Shown here piece by piece: positions 29,610 to 37,636 of a DNA stretch of 43,089 nucleotides; position 1 is the first letter of the stretch; each line of letters begins with the position of its first letter. Both the position numbers and the translations under genes were made by a program. This stretch comes from a virus, in the UHGV virus genome UHGV-0203456. One strand, given 5' to 3'. The notes under the pieces were generated by a model, which ran no database searches, was not told where the DNA came from, and was given only the letters and a program-made list of their open reading frames with translations.

Positions 29610-30447
29610 TATTTTTCTTGATTATTGATAATAAAAAAGCGTATAAAATCTTTTCCAAATTTTGATATTTTCAATCTATCCTTCGCTTTAAGACTTATCT
29701 TACTTTTGCTAGTTAGACTTTTCAATTTTATTTTTCTTTTCCCAGACAAAGAATTTAATATGCTCTCTGTAGAATTTCTAATTTCCTCAATAGCAATTTG
29801 CATTTTTTTTATGTCTTTTGCAAGCTTATCATCATATTCATTTTGCATTAAGCCTAACCGATATAAGTTCTCTCTAACTGCAACATATTGGTCGTAATTG
29901 ATATCGAATGCTTCTAATAACTCTGTATAGTTATTGTATCCATCGATATCAGCAAATGTATTGGTTTTATAGGACAATTTAAGAACTGAAATATCTAAAA
30001 TAGTCAGTTTATCAAGCGTATCAAAATATAAATAAGCCACATCAAAAGATGGATTATCCAAATTCAAAAATTCTGAATAACCATTAATCATAAATTCAAT
30101 TTTTTCTGCTTGATTAGTAGATTCAATTTTCTTCATGACCATTTCAAATATTTCGTCTAAAACTTCCTTATTTTCTAAAGATTGTTTTTCAAATTTCTCC
30201 TTCAATTCTTCGTTTCTTCTACTGATTGCTTGAACCATAATCTCTAAGTTTCTTATTTTCTTATTCGTCCTAAACTCAGTTATAGCTCCCCCAATGCCCG
30301 GTATCAAACCAGCTCCGTAATCAATCAATATATCACCACCTTGCTTCACAATTTCATTTGTTAATAAAGGTAAAGCATTTTCTTTTAGAAAGTCTTTTCC
30401 CTGATCAGCTACTATTGACAAAACATTTTCAAATAAAAAATTTTTAA
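29609..30447 (-). CDS. insulated accessory (moron) protein of unknown function, coiled-coil rich; candidate defence/abortive-infection gene
   Basis: Roughly 279 aa. The annotated ATG at 30538 lies inside the upstream terminator, so the start is more likely GTG near 30447 after AAAGGGG. Flanked by terminators on both sides. AT-rich. Confidence 0.45.
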
Positions 30448-30520
30448 CTGCATTTGCTTTCTCTCCCACAATCGTTATCCCCTTTACAAATTTATATATA
30501 CAGAATAACTGATTATGCGA

Positions 30521-30552
30521 ATAATAAAAAGACCGCACTCAGAAGTGCAGTC
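30521..30552 (-). terminator. rho-independent terminator downstream of tRNA
   Basis: Minus-strand GACTGCAC-ttctga-GTGCGGTC-like hairpin (8 bp, one mismatch) followed by TTTTTATTATT. Confidence 0.5.
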
Positions 30553-30649
30553 TCAGATAGGAGGGAAAATCTTAACCGTCATTCGATCGTAAAGGTAGTT
30601 ACATTTGAATTATTGACGATATTTTTATTTAAGCAGCAAAAGCTACTTA

Positions 30650-30723
30650 TTGACGTGACAGGAGTCGAACCTGCATGTACTTGATTGAAAACCAACCGCT
30701 CTCACCAATTGAGCTACACGCCA
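30650..30723 (-). tRNA. phage-encoded tRNA, anticodon UUC (Glu) by manual fold
   Basis: Minus-strand TGGCGTG-TA-GCTCAATTGGTGAGAGC-G-GTTGG-TTTTCAA-TCAAG-TACAT-GCAGGTTCGACTCCTGT-CACGTCA-A. Canonical D-arm and T-arm (GGTTCGACTCC). 7-bp acceptor stem with one G-U pair. No encoded CCA. Confidence 0.65.
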
Positions 30724-31326
30724 TACCAGAAGGAGCTACCTCCTAGCAATTGCTAATAAATCAAATTAACCTTTGCACACTCTCGTCAGAATGTTTTCCC
30801 ATCAGGACGTAGCTTTCGCAGACTTTCACGGCTAAAATGATTATGTCACTGACAAGGATTTGCACCTTGTTTGGTCTATATTCCACCACAGTGACCGATC
30901 AATCAAACACCAGCAAAAACAATTGATTAAGTTTATCCTAAACGTACCTAGCTGCTACTCTATGAGTTTAGGAATTGCTCTCGTGCGTAAGCAGCTGCCG
31001 CAGAGATCTGGTTAATGTTCTTATCGTCATATGCTGGGATAGAGCAATATACCTAACCTCGACTAGTATGAATCAGGTAGTTACTACTGCATCCCTAGCA
31101 ACTATTTGTGTCACTTGCAAACCTGTAGAAAAAAGAGGAGGTTATTCACCTCACTTCATTTTATTGAGAACGTGAGTCTGCAAGTGACCATCGAAAGTCA
31201 AATCAAACGGTGACTAAACCAGAAAGCGTTGTGTAATGTGTCCATTTCTTTGACTTTCGATATTACTATATTAGCATTCAAATTCGTATAAAAACCGCCA
31301 ACTTTACGCCAAAAAACCGCCAAAAA
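30724..31326 (-). ncRNA. candidate large structured non-coding RNA (ROOL/GOLLD-like class) adjacent to tRNA
   Basis: 603 nt with no ORF of 60 aa or more in any frame. GC about 45% against about 33% in flanking DNA. Many local helices (GGAGgtagCTCC, GAGGTgaataACCTC, 12-bp TCGAAAGTCAAA/TTTGACTTTCGA). Lies between the late regulator and a tRNA. Confidence 0.3.
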
Positions 31327-31794
31327 TTATTTATATGCAATTATTTTTCCATTGCGGTAAGCTTCTGCGAATTCAATCAAAGCTTCTGATTTCATTCTTT
31401 GAATACTTCTTTCGGAATAGCCGACTTCTCTAGCAATCTTGTAATTAGAGTAATGGTCCTGCACACAGAAACTATAGTGCAAAATTTGTCTGCTAGTTAG
31501 GCTTAATGCCATAAGCCCAGATAAAATTGCGTCTCTTTCTGCTTCTGCATCTGCTAATTGTACTAGCGCATCTTCTGCTTTGTTCCCATGACTTTGGCTT
31601 TTAGGCATATCTGTAATAATTGGTGATTTTAAATCTATCAAAGAGCGACCAGCTATTCGCTCTAAACGTCTAAAATTCTTCAACACATTTCTGGCATTCG
31701 CTTTTGTTTGTCGAAAATCTACTTCTTTTAGCAATTGAATCAAGTGGAATCGCTCCTTTTGTGGTATAATAACTATGTCGAAAATATTTCTCAC
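31327..31794 (-). CDS. ArpU-family late transcriptional regulator
   Basis: C-terminal sigma-70 region-4-like HTH (YSNYKIAREVGYSERSIQRMKSEALIEFAEAY). Positioned upstream of the packaging genes. GTG start at 31794. Confidence 0.75.
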   Translation of the reverse strand: MRNIFDIVIIPQKERFHLIQLLKEVDFRQTKANARNVLKNFRRLERIAGRSLIDLKSPIITDMPKSQSHGNKAEDALVQLADAEAERDAILSGLMALSLTSRQILHYSFCVQDHYSNYKIAREVGYSERSIQRMKSEALIEFAEAYRNGKIIAYK

Positions 31795-31819
31795 AGCCGG
31801 AGCAATCTGGCTTTTTTTA
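31795..31819 (+). terminator. plus-strand intrinsic terminator abutting the ArpU start (antisense)
   Basis: AGCCGGA-gcaa-TCTGGCT followed by TTTTTTT on the plus strand. Confidence 0.45.
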
Positions 31820-32064
31820 TTTTCTACTAAATATACTTTTTACAATACGTACTATGAGATAGTATTTTCAAATACATTTACTCATGATATAATCATATTA
31901 ACTTTCTTGGGGATTTTATTTCTGAAATAAATTTCTCCTTTTCTATGATAACTGGCGGAAAACAGTTATCGATAGTTCCTGTCTCCACCAGAGACACAAT
32001 GTCAACCTTATTTGTTGGCACTATTAGCACTTTACTTGGGAAAAGTGCTAACTACCACATTAGT

Positions 32065-32090
32065 CAGCCATTGGTCGGCTGGCTTTTTGT
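32065..32090 (+). terminator. plus-strand intrinsic terminator
   Basis: CAGCC-attggtc-GGCTG followed by GCTTTTTGTTTG. Confidence 0.5.
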
Positions 32091-32132
32091 TTGCAAAAAA
32101 TCGGCTAGTTATTGTAAAAAAGTTGCAATAAG

Positions 32133-32333
32133 TTAAAACTCCAATGTAATTGGCCTCCCGTATTTTAAAATTCTCCATTCGCCATCTTTTGTATTGGTTT
32201 TATTCATATGATTTCTTTCATCACGAGCTATCGTATAATCGAAAAATAAATCGGCTTTCTCTGCTCCATGTAAGTACTCAACATACACTCCATCAACTTG
32301 CCTTCCTAAGATAAAAACTTCTGGATAACTCAT
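32133..32333 (-). CDS. hypothetical early protein
   Basis: ORF with a likely start at MSYPEVF after AGGGGG. The longer form in the ORF track overlaps the neighbouring gene. Confidence 0.4.
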   Translation of the reverse strand: MSYPEVFILGRQVDGVYVEYLHGAEKADLFFDYTIARDERNHMNKTNTKDGEWRILKYGRPITLEF

Positions 32334-32515
32334 ACGCTGGAACCCCCTAAATATAGCCCTAATCCCAAAATAAACGAGCATGAAAGGAAATAAACAAGGT
32401 CACTGCTTGTTATGTCATTGCCATACACGAAATAGCTCACGGTTGCTTTGGCTACAAGAATCATTATTGCAATGCCACTAACTTTATTTATTACTCTTTT
32501 CCAGTTGCGTTTCAT
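32330..32515 (-). CDS. small membrane protein
   Basis: 61 aa with two hydrophobic helices. Confidence 0.35.
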   Translation of the reverse strand: MKRNWKRVINKVSGIAIMILVAKATVSYFVYGNDITSSDLVYFLSCSFILGLGLYLGGSSV

Positions 32516-33034
32516 TTATTCACCATCCACCTTCACAGCAAACGGCCAATAGCGCTCATCAACTGCTTTGATTTCTTGTTCTGTTAACATATCCACCTTT
32601 TCCTTACATGTCGTAAAATCAATTGCTCCCGCTAAATTTAAAAAAGTATATCCTGTGTTAGTCGCCCCTTTGTCTGGTAATAAAACGTGATATAAAGGTC
32701 CCTTCTCGACTTCGTAGCCGTCAAGCCATGCGTGAGCAAACAACTCATGATTTTCAAAAGTATCAAGCCAGTCTGATACTTCTTTAGCTTTTTCTATATG
32801 CATCGTATCTCTAAGCTTACTTGTTGCTGAGCAATACAGAGTGCACTCTAATCCTTTGCATAACTCAATCCATTCTGCCACGAACTTCGGAACAACGACT
32901 TTTTTCGGTTCGTCTAGCTGTTTTGCTAAGCTAATTGCTCTTTCGTTGGCATAGTCAGCACCTTTCAAATAATCAAGGCTGTCTGTAGAAACTTCTATAC
33001 ATTCTAACTCTTCAATCAATTCTTGTTTATTCAT
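32516..33034 (-). CDS. hypothetical early protein
   Basis: 172-aa ORF, tightly packed and translationally coupled. Confidence 0.5.
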   Translation of the reverse strand: MNKQELIEELECIEVSTDSLDYLKGADYANERAISLAKQLDEPKKVVVPKFVAEWIELCKGLECTLYCSATSKLRDTMHIEKAKEVSDWLDTFENHELFAHAWLDGYEVEKGPLYHVLLPDKGATNTGYTFLNLAGAIDFTTCKEKVDMLTEQEIKAVDERYWPFAVKVDGE

Positions 33035-33354
33035 CGCTGGTCCTCCTTACGTTTCGCTATATCATCAGACCAAGCAGCATAAAAATCAAAGTCATAGCCA
33101 TCCTCTCTTGGGTTTTCGTTTAAGCGATCTGGATCATGCATTAATATAGCCTGTTTCAACTCTTTGCGTTCATCTTCTAGTTCATCTATCAAGTCATCTG
33201 GTATCTCAATTGAGACTAATTTTACTGTTTCGTCTTCTTCTGGATCGTCAGCCATTAAGTAGTCTTTTTCATCTTCAAATTCTTTAGTTGCTTGAATTAA
33301 GCTTTCTGTCCAACGTCCAGTATTTTGGGAACTTTCATATCGATATAGTTTCAT
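33031..33354 (-). CDS. hypothetical acidic protein
   Basis: 107-aa ORF. Confidence 0.5.
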   Translation of the reverse strand: MKLYRYESSQNTGRWTESLIQATKEFEDEKDYLMADDPEEDETVKLVSIEIPDDLIDELEDERKELKQAILMHDPDRLNENPREDGYDFDFYAAWSDDIAKRKEDQR

Positions 33355-33365
33355 TTTGATTCCTC

Positions 33366-33644
33366 CTAAATCAAGCCGCCGTCAATCAATAATACTTCGC
33401 CGTTTTCTTCAAGGTTTTCTAACTGATTGAAAGCTTCTTCTGCGCCAGTCTTGTCACCCTCTTCTGTATGACTTTTAGCAAGCATTTTGAACGCTTCGTA
33501 TTTATCAATTGTTTTCATATCATCAAAAAATTCTTTTTCGTCTTCTACTTCGCAAACAATATCCTTGTAAAGTTTTAAACATTGTTTTTCATCTTTAGCA
33601 GCAATTAATGCATAATAAGGGTCCTTAATTTCGTAAAATTTCAT
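33366..33644 (-). CDS. hypothetical protein
   Basis: 92-aa ORF. Confidence 0.5.
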   Translation of the reverse strand: MKFYEIKDPYYALIAAKDEKQCLKLYKDIVCEVEDEKEFFDDMKTIDKYEAFKMLAKSHTEEGDKTGAEEAFNQLENLEENGEVLLIDGGLI

Positions 33645-33980
33645 TTATTTTTCCTCCTGTTCCCAAACCCACTGGCTAAATAACTGTAATACTTGAGCTA
33701 ATTCATCATCATTTAAATCACCATATGCATAAGCTACTTGCTTATACTTCATTTTTCCACCAGTAGTTGATAAAAATCCCATAATTTCGATAACTGTACG
33801 TAATCCGTTTAATTTGCATGATTCTTTCAACCAATCCAGCACAGTCTGCTGATTTTCGTTGAGTTCTGGTTCATCAGACAAATCATATATCTGTTTTCCA
33901 TAAGAAAATTGTTTGCCCGGTTCCATATATTCATGCACTAGATCAAATGCCAAATCGTTTATTTTGCTTAATCTACTCAT
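33645..33980 (-). CDS. hypothetical protein
   Basis: 111-aa ORF. Confidence 0.5.
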   Translation of the reverse strand: MSRLSKINDLAFDLVHEYMEPGKQFSYGKQIYDLSDEPELNENQQTVLDWLKESCKLNGLRTVIEIMGFLSTTGGKMKYKQVAYAYGDLNDDELAQVLQLFSQWVWEQEEK

Positions 33981-34414
33981 TCTGTTCCCTCCAATAATTC
34001 TGGATTTTCGTGTATATTTCCAATAACTTCAATTTCGTCACAATCAGTTCCCAACCATTTTGAGAAACCTTCATTGTCCTGAAGCCAATATGCAAAATCC
34101 TGAAACTTAATAATACCTGTGTATTCCCAATCATCATCCAATGTCATATTTTCATCAGAGTAAGGTTCTTCGCCACGTTGAATGCAAATATCACCTTCAA
34201 AAATATCCACGCCGTTCTTGTCTTTCAAGCCTGTAGATTGCATGAGCACATATTTATCAATCATTCCCCACATGCCATTTTCTAGATTTATAAGAGGCGC
34301 TATAAATCCTGTATCATCATCAATAGTCCATTCTACATTTTCATCTTCATCTGGATAATACATTATGTTTTCTTCTACTGAATATGCTCTAAACTTTGGA
34401 ATCATCTTCTTCAC
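33977..34414 (-). CDS. YopX-family protein
   Basis: KFRAYS...MQSTGLKDKNGVDIFEGDI motif typical of YopX. Confidence 0.6.
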   Translation of the reverse strand: MKKMIPKFRAYSVEENIMYYPDEDENVEWTIDDDTGFIAPLINLENGMWGMIDKYVLMQSTGLKDKNGVDIFEGDICIQRGEEPYSDENMTLDDDWEYTGIIKFQDFAYWLQDNEGFSKWLGTDCDEIEVIGNIHENPELLEGTE

Positions 34415-34437
34415 TCGCTTTCTTTATCTGATTTTTA

Positions 34438-34758
34438 TTAGTAGACAGGTCGCTTTTCGCATGGTTCATTAAAATTTTCTGCGTTTATTTCCCAAAAGTC
34501 ATTGACCGCTTTCTCAAATTGTTCTGCGTTGTAAGAATAGCCTTCGTCATCTTTTGACAAATGAATTAAATTGTTATTGTGATAAATAGCAGCAGAAAGT
34601 TTGTTATACAGTGGTTCGTGGTCAAGCCACGACTTTCCTATTTCCATAACAGTGACAGTTGGACCTGTACTTAAACCACTCAAAACTCTGATTTTTTGAG
34701 ACATCATTTGTAATTCCCATGCACGAATTTTATCTGCCTTTCTTATCATCTTCTTCAC
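34438..34758 (-). CDS. hypothetical protein
   Basis: 106-aa ORF. Confidence 0.45.
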   Translation of the reverse strand: MKKMIRKADKIRAWELQMMSQKIRVLSGLSTGPTVTVMEIGKSWLDHEPLYNKLSAAIYHNNNLIHLSKDDEGYSYNAEQFEKAVNDFWEINAENFNEPCEKRPVY

Positions 34759-34769
34759 CCGCTTTCCGT

Positions 34770-35099
34770 TTAAAAATATAAATTTATATGTTCAAAGACA
34801 TCTCTTTTTTTACTAGTGGTGTAGTTGTCAAAACGAACGAACAGCTCTTTCTTTACATTATTTGTTAAAAACCTAACGGAATATCCATACTTAATTCTGC
34901 TTATTTCAATGGCATCTCTGCATATTTTTCTCAGCTCATTTTTCGATAGTTTAACTCTAAAACCTAGCACTATGTCAGTAACACCATTCACGGTCTCTGT
35001 CTTAGCGGACCAATCGTCATTACAATAATGCCCATAAAATTGCCAAAGTTTATCATTATCTAACTCAAGCAAATTTATTTGCTCATTCATCTTATTCAC
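34770..35099 (-). CDS. hypothetical protein
   Basis: 109-aa ORF. Confidence 0.45.
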   Translation of the reverse strand: MNKMNEQINLLELDNDKLWQFYGHYCNDDWSAKTETVNGVTDIVLGFRVKLSKNELRKICRDAIEISRIKYGYSVRFLTNNVKKELFVRFDNYTTSKKRDVFEHINLYF

Positions 35100-35556
35100 C
35101 CGCTTTCATAAATACTAACCAATGTGTTTTTGCTCTTTTATTGCCGTACAATGGCTCACAATCAATTGTGCTTAATATTTCAGATAACTTGATTTGTTCC
35201 TCGTTCCATTTAAAAACTAACGTCCCATTGGGCTTCAAAACCCTCATACACTCATGAAAACCTTTTTGTATATCTTCTTTCCAAGTTTTCTCGTTTAGCT
35301 TGCCATATTTTTTGGCCAACCAGCTGTTATTACCACACCTCAATAAATGCGGAGGATCAAATACAACATGATAAAACGAGTTATCTTCAAAAGGCATCTT
35401 TCTAAAATCTGCAACTAGATTAGGATTAACATCGATAACATGCCCACTGTCTAATTTTTCGTAATGTTCTCTGTTGTCCATAAACAAAACTTGTTCGTTT
35501 TGCTTATCAAACCAAAACATTCTGCTACCACAGCAAGCATCAAGTATTCTTTTCAT
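35092..35556 (-). CDS. small DNA methyltransferase (DPPH catalytic motif)
   Basis: ILDACCGS (SAM-binding-like) and VVFDPPHL (DPPY-type motif IV). 154 aa. Confidence 0.6.
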   Translation of the reverse strand: MKRILDACCGSRMFWFDKQNEQVLFMDNREHYEKLDSGHVIDVNPNLVADFRKMPFEDNSFYHVVFDPPHLLRCGNNSWLAKKYGKLNEKTWKEDIQKGFHECMRVLKPNGTLVFKWNEEQIKLSEILSTIDCEPLYGNKRAKTHWLVFMKAGE

Positions 35557-35619
35557 AATTTCAAAGGAGAAAAAGCTTTTTAATGCGGCCGCAAATCTCC
35601 GCTCCTTTCTATTTGTTTT

Positions 35620-36375
35620 CTAAAATAATGCCAGCTGTTCTGGTTCAGTAAATGAACTGCTTGTTTTATTTTCCAAAAGTTCCATTACTTCTTTTAGTAT
35701 TTCTAATGTGTTTTGCGTTTCTTTTTCTTTTGCTCTATTCAAAGCGTAAAACGGTGTAAACCATACGTCTGTTGCAGGTTCATTACTTAGTGCATTTTTT
35801 CTTTCAAATATCGCATCGATTCCTAACAAGGAACATTGTACATATGCCATTGAAAGTACATTTCCGTCGATGTCACCACACAACGCTCTCAAATTTCTTT
35901 GGTAGTTATAGCCTTTTTCTCGCATCACATTTGCTAAAGCAATGAGGGTAACACCGCCACCAATGCAAGGCTCATAAAAAACAACTGGCTTTCCATTTTT
36001 CAATTGTTCATCATTTTCGCTAAAATTCATTTCTGCCATTAAACGAGCTACATTGTATGGCGTAAAGAATTGCCCTGCATCTTTATTAGCGATTTCCAAA
36101 GTCATATACAATTCACCTAGTATATCAGTCGTAGTCTCTTCTAAAGCTTCAACTAGCAAAGCGAATAATTTATGGAACTTTTCTTGTTCTTCTTCGGTGT
36201 ATTTCTCTTGAATAGACAGATACAACTTCTCTCTTTCTTCAAAATGCACTTTGTCAGTAACATTGGAAATACTGCATGCTGACATTTTGGTAAAGTCGAA
36301 AAACACTTCGTACATATTTCTTTTACCGCAAAGGTCTTTCATGACTTTAACCATCTTCTTTTGGTAAATATTCAT
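35620..36375 (-). CDS. N6-adenine methyltransferase-like protein (HsdM-like motifs X and I, no obvious NPPY)
   Basis: GQFFTPYNVARLMA and FYEPCIGGGVTL resemble gamma-class MTase motifs. No NPPF/Y motif found by eye. Confidence 0.5.
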   Translation of the reverse strand: MNIYQKKMVKVMKDLCGKRNMYEVFFDFTKMSACSISNVTDKVHFEEREKLYLSIQEKYTEEEQEKFHKLFALLVEALEETTTDILGELYMTLEIANKDAGQFFTPYNVARLMAEMNFSENDEQLKNGKPVVFYEPCIGGGVTLIALANVMREKGYNYQRNLRALCGDIDGNVLSMAYVQCSLLGIDAIFERKNALSNEPATDVWFTPFYALNRAKEKETQNTLEILKEVMELLENKTSSSFTEPEQLALF

Positions 36376-36431
36376 AATTTCAAAGGAGTAAAGAATTCTT
36401 TACTGTGGCCACAAACTCCACTCCTTCCTGA

Positions 36432-36659
36432 TTATTTGATTAATACATAAAATCCATTTTTCTTTGCAACGTCTCCTCGAATTCCCAAATGGCCTTCCAA
36501 CTCTTCAAAGGTCCTTTTTGTAATTTTGGAAAGTTGCGTGTCATAACCCAAATTTCTAAGTGTCACGTATTCATCTGGTGTTAATTGATCTAAATCTATT
36601 GCCACAATTGGCGGAAAACGTTCAGCCGACGGCTTAAATGTCACACTAGTTAATTTCAT
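36432..36659 (-). CDS. hypothetical protein
   Basis: 75-aa ORF. Confidence 0.4.
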   Translation of the reverse strand: MKLTSVTFKPSAERFPPIVAIDLDQLTPDEYVTLRNLGYDTQLSKITKRTFEELEGHLGIRGDVAKKNGFYVLIK

Positions 36660-36787
36660 CCTTTTTTACCTCACAATTTCACCGCTTTATTTTTCGATTT
36701 AAGGTGTTTTAAATCATTTATGATTAATTACCCTAAACTAGTTTTTAAATCTAGCTACGGTTAAATCACGCTACAAAAAACAACAAA

Positions 36788-37330
36788 TTATTTCTTATTC
36801 ATCCAAGACTGATTACTCTTGGTTTTCTTTTTAGGTTTTTCTTGAAATGATTCTTCTTTCACTTTTTCAAGTAATTGTTTTGGCTTTTCTGGTGGAATTA
36901 CAACATTTACGACCTTTCCACCTGCCACTTCTGCAGCAAGATTCGCTAATTCATCGTCTGTAAAATGCATCGCCTGCTTAATTTGATTAGTGATGTTACC
37001 GTCTTTATCCAGATACCCAGCACATTTCACTACTTTTACTTTTTCCACGTAATCACCTACTCTGTTTTTAATGTACTGCTTCAGTTTTCGTATCCCTTTA
37101 CCTCGGTCTTGTCCTTTGCGGACCACCCAAGTGCCATTTATCCCGAAGTAATCAATGACACCTACAGGCGTTTCAATCGCAAATTGGCAACTATCTTCGA
37201 AGTATTCAAAGGGATAGCCTAGCTCATAAATATTCTTCATTGCCTCTGTACTCATGAATTGCACATGAGATTTTCTTTTGTTTTTTAATTCTTGTGTTGG
37301 GTACTTTGTCATTATTTCTTTCCACCCCAA
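36788..37330 (-). CDS. hypothetical protein with basic C-terminus
   Basis: 180-aa ORF with a Lys-rich tail. Confidence 0.45.
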   Translation of the reverse strand: MGWKEIMTKYPTQELKNKRKSHVQFMSTEAMKNIYELGYPFEYFEDSCQFAIETPVGVIDYFGINGTWVVRKGQDRGKGIRKLKQYIKNRVGDYVEKVKVVKCAGYLDKDGNITNQIKQAMHFTDDELANLAAEVAGGKVVNVVIPPEKPKQLLEKVKEESFQEKPKKKTKSNQSWMNKK

Positions 37331-37333
37331 ACC

Positions 37334-37636
37334 TTACAAATCGGATTCTTTGACGAATACTCCGTTTACCATTTCCCCTTGCCGATTTTTAATTTCGCTG
37401 TATGCTTGATTTAAGCATTCGTATAAGTCCATGTTATTTTGCATAGCGAGAATAATTAACGTCACAACCACATCACCTATACCATCTCTTAAATCATTTT
37501 CATTATTTCTTGCCAATGCAGCGCCAACTTCTCCGACTTCCTCAATCACTTTTAACATTTGCTTTTCTGGCTCTGCTTTATCTAAATGCTTTTCTTTCGC
37601 CCATTCTTCTACTAATTTAACTAATTCGTTCATCAT
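37334..37636 (-). CDS. MazG-like nucleotide pyrophosphohydrolase
   Basis: EEVGEVGAALARN...DGIGDVVVTLIILA, the characteristic MazG EExxE/D motif. Confidence 0.7.
   Translation of the reverse strand: MMNELVKLVEEWAKEKHLDKAEPEKQMLKVIEEVGEVGAALARNNENDLRDGIGDVVVTLIILAMQNNMDLYECLNQAYSEIKNRQGEMVNGVFVKESDL

Noticed and set aside
30724-31326. tmRNA (ssrA), or a group I intron attached to the tRNA
   Set aside because: The adjacent 74-nt element has a full D-arm and anticodon arm, so it is a tRNA. A tmRNA tRNA-like domain lacks these. The tRNA is uninterrupted, so there is no intron within it. No tmRNA tag-ORF or resume codon context was seen.
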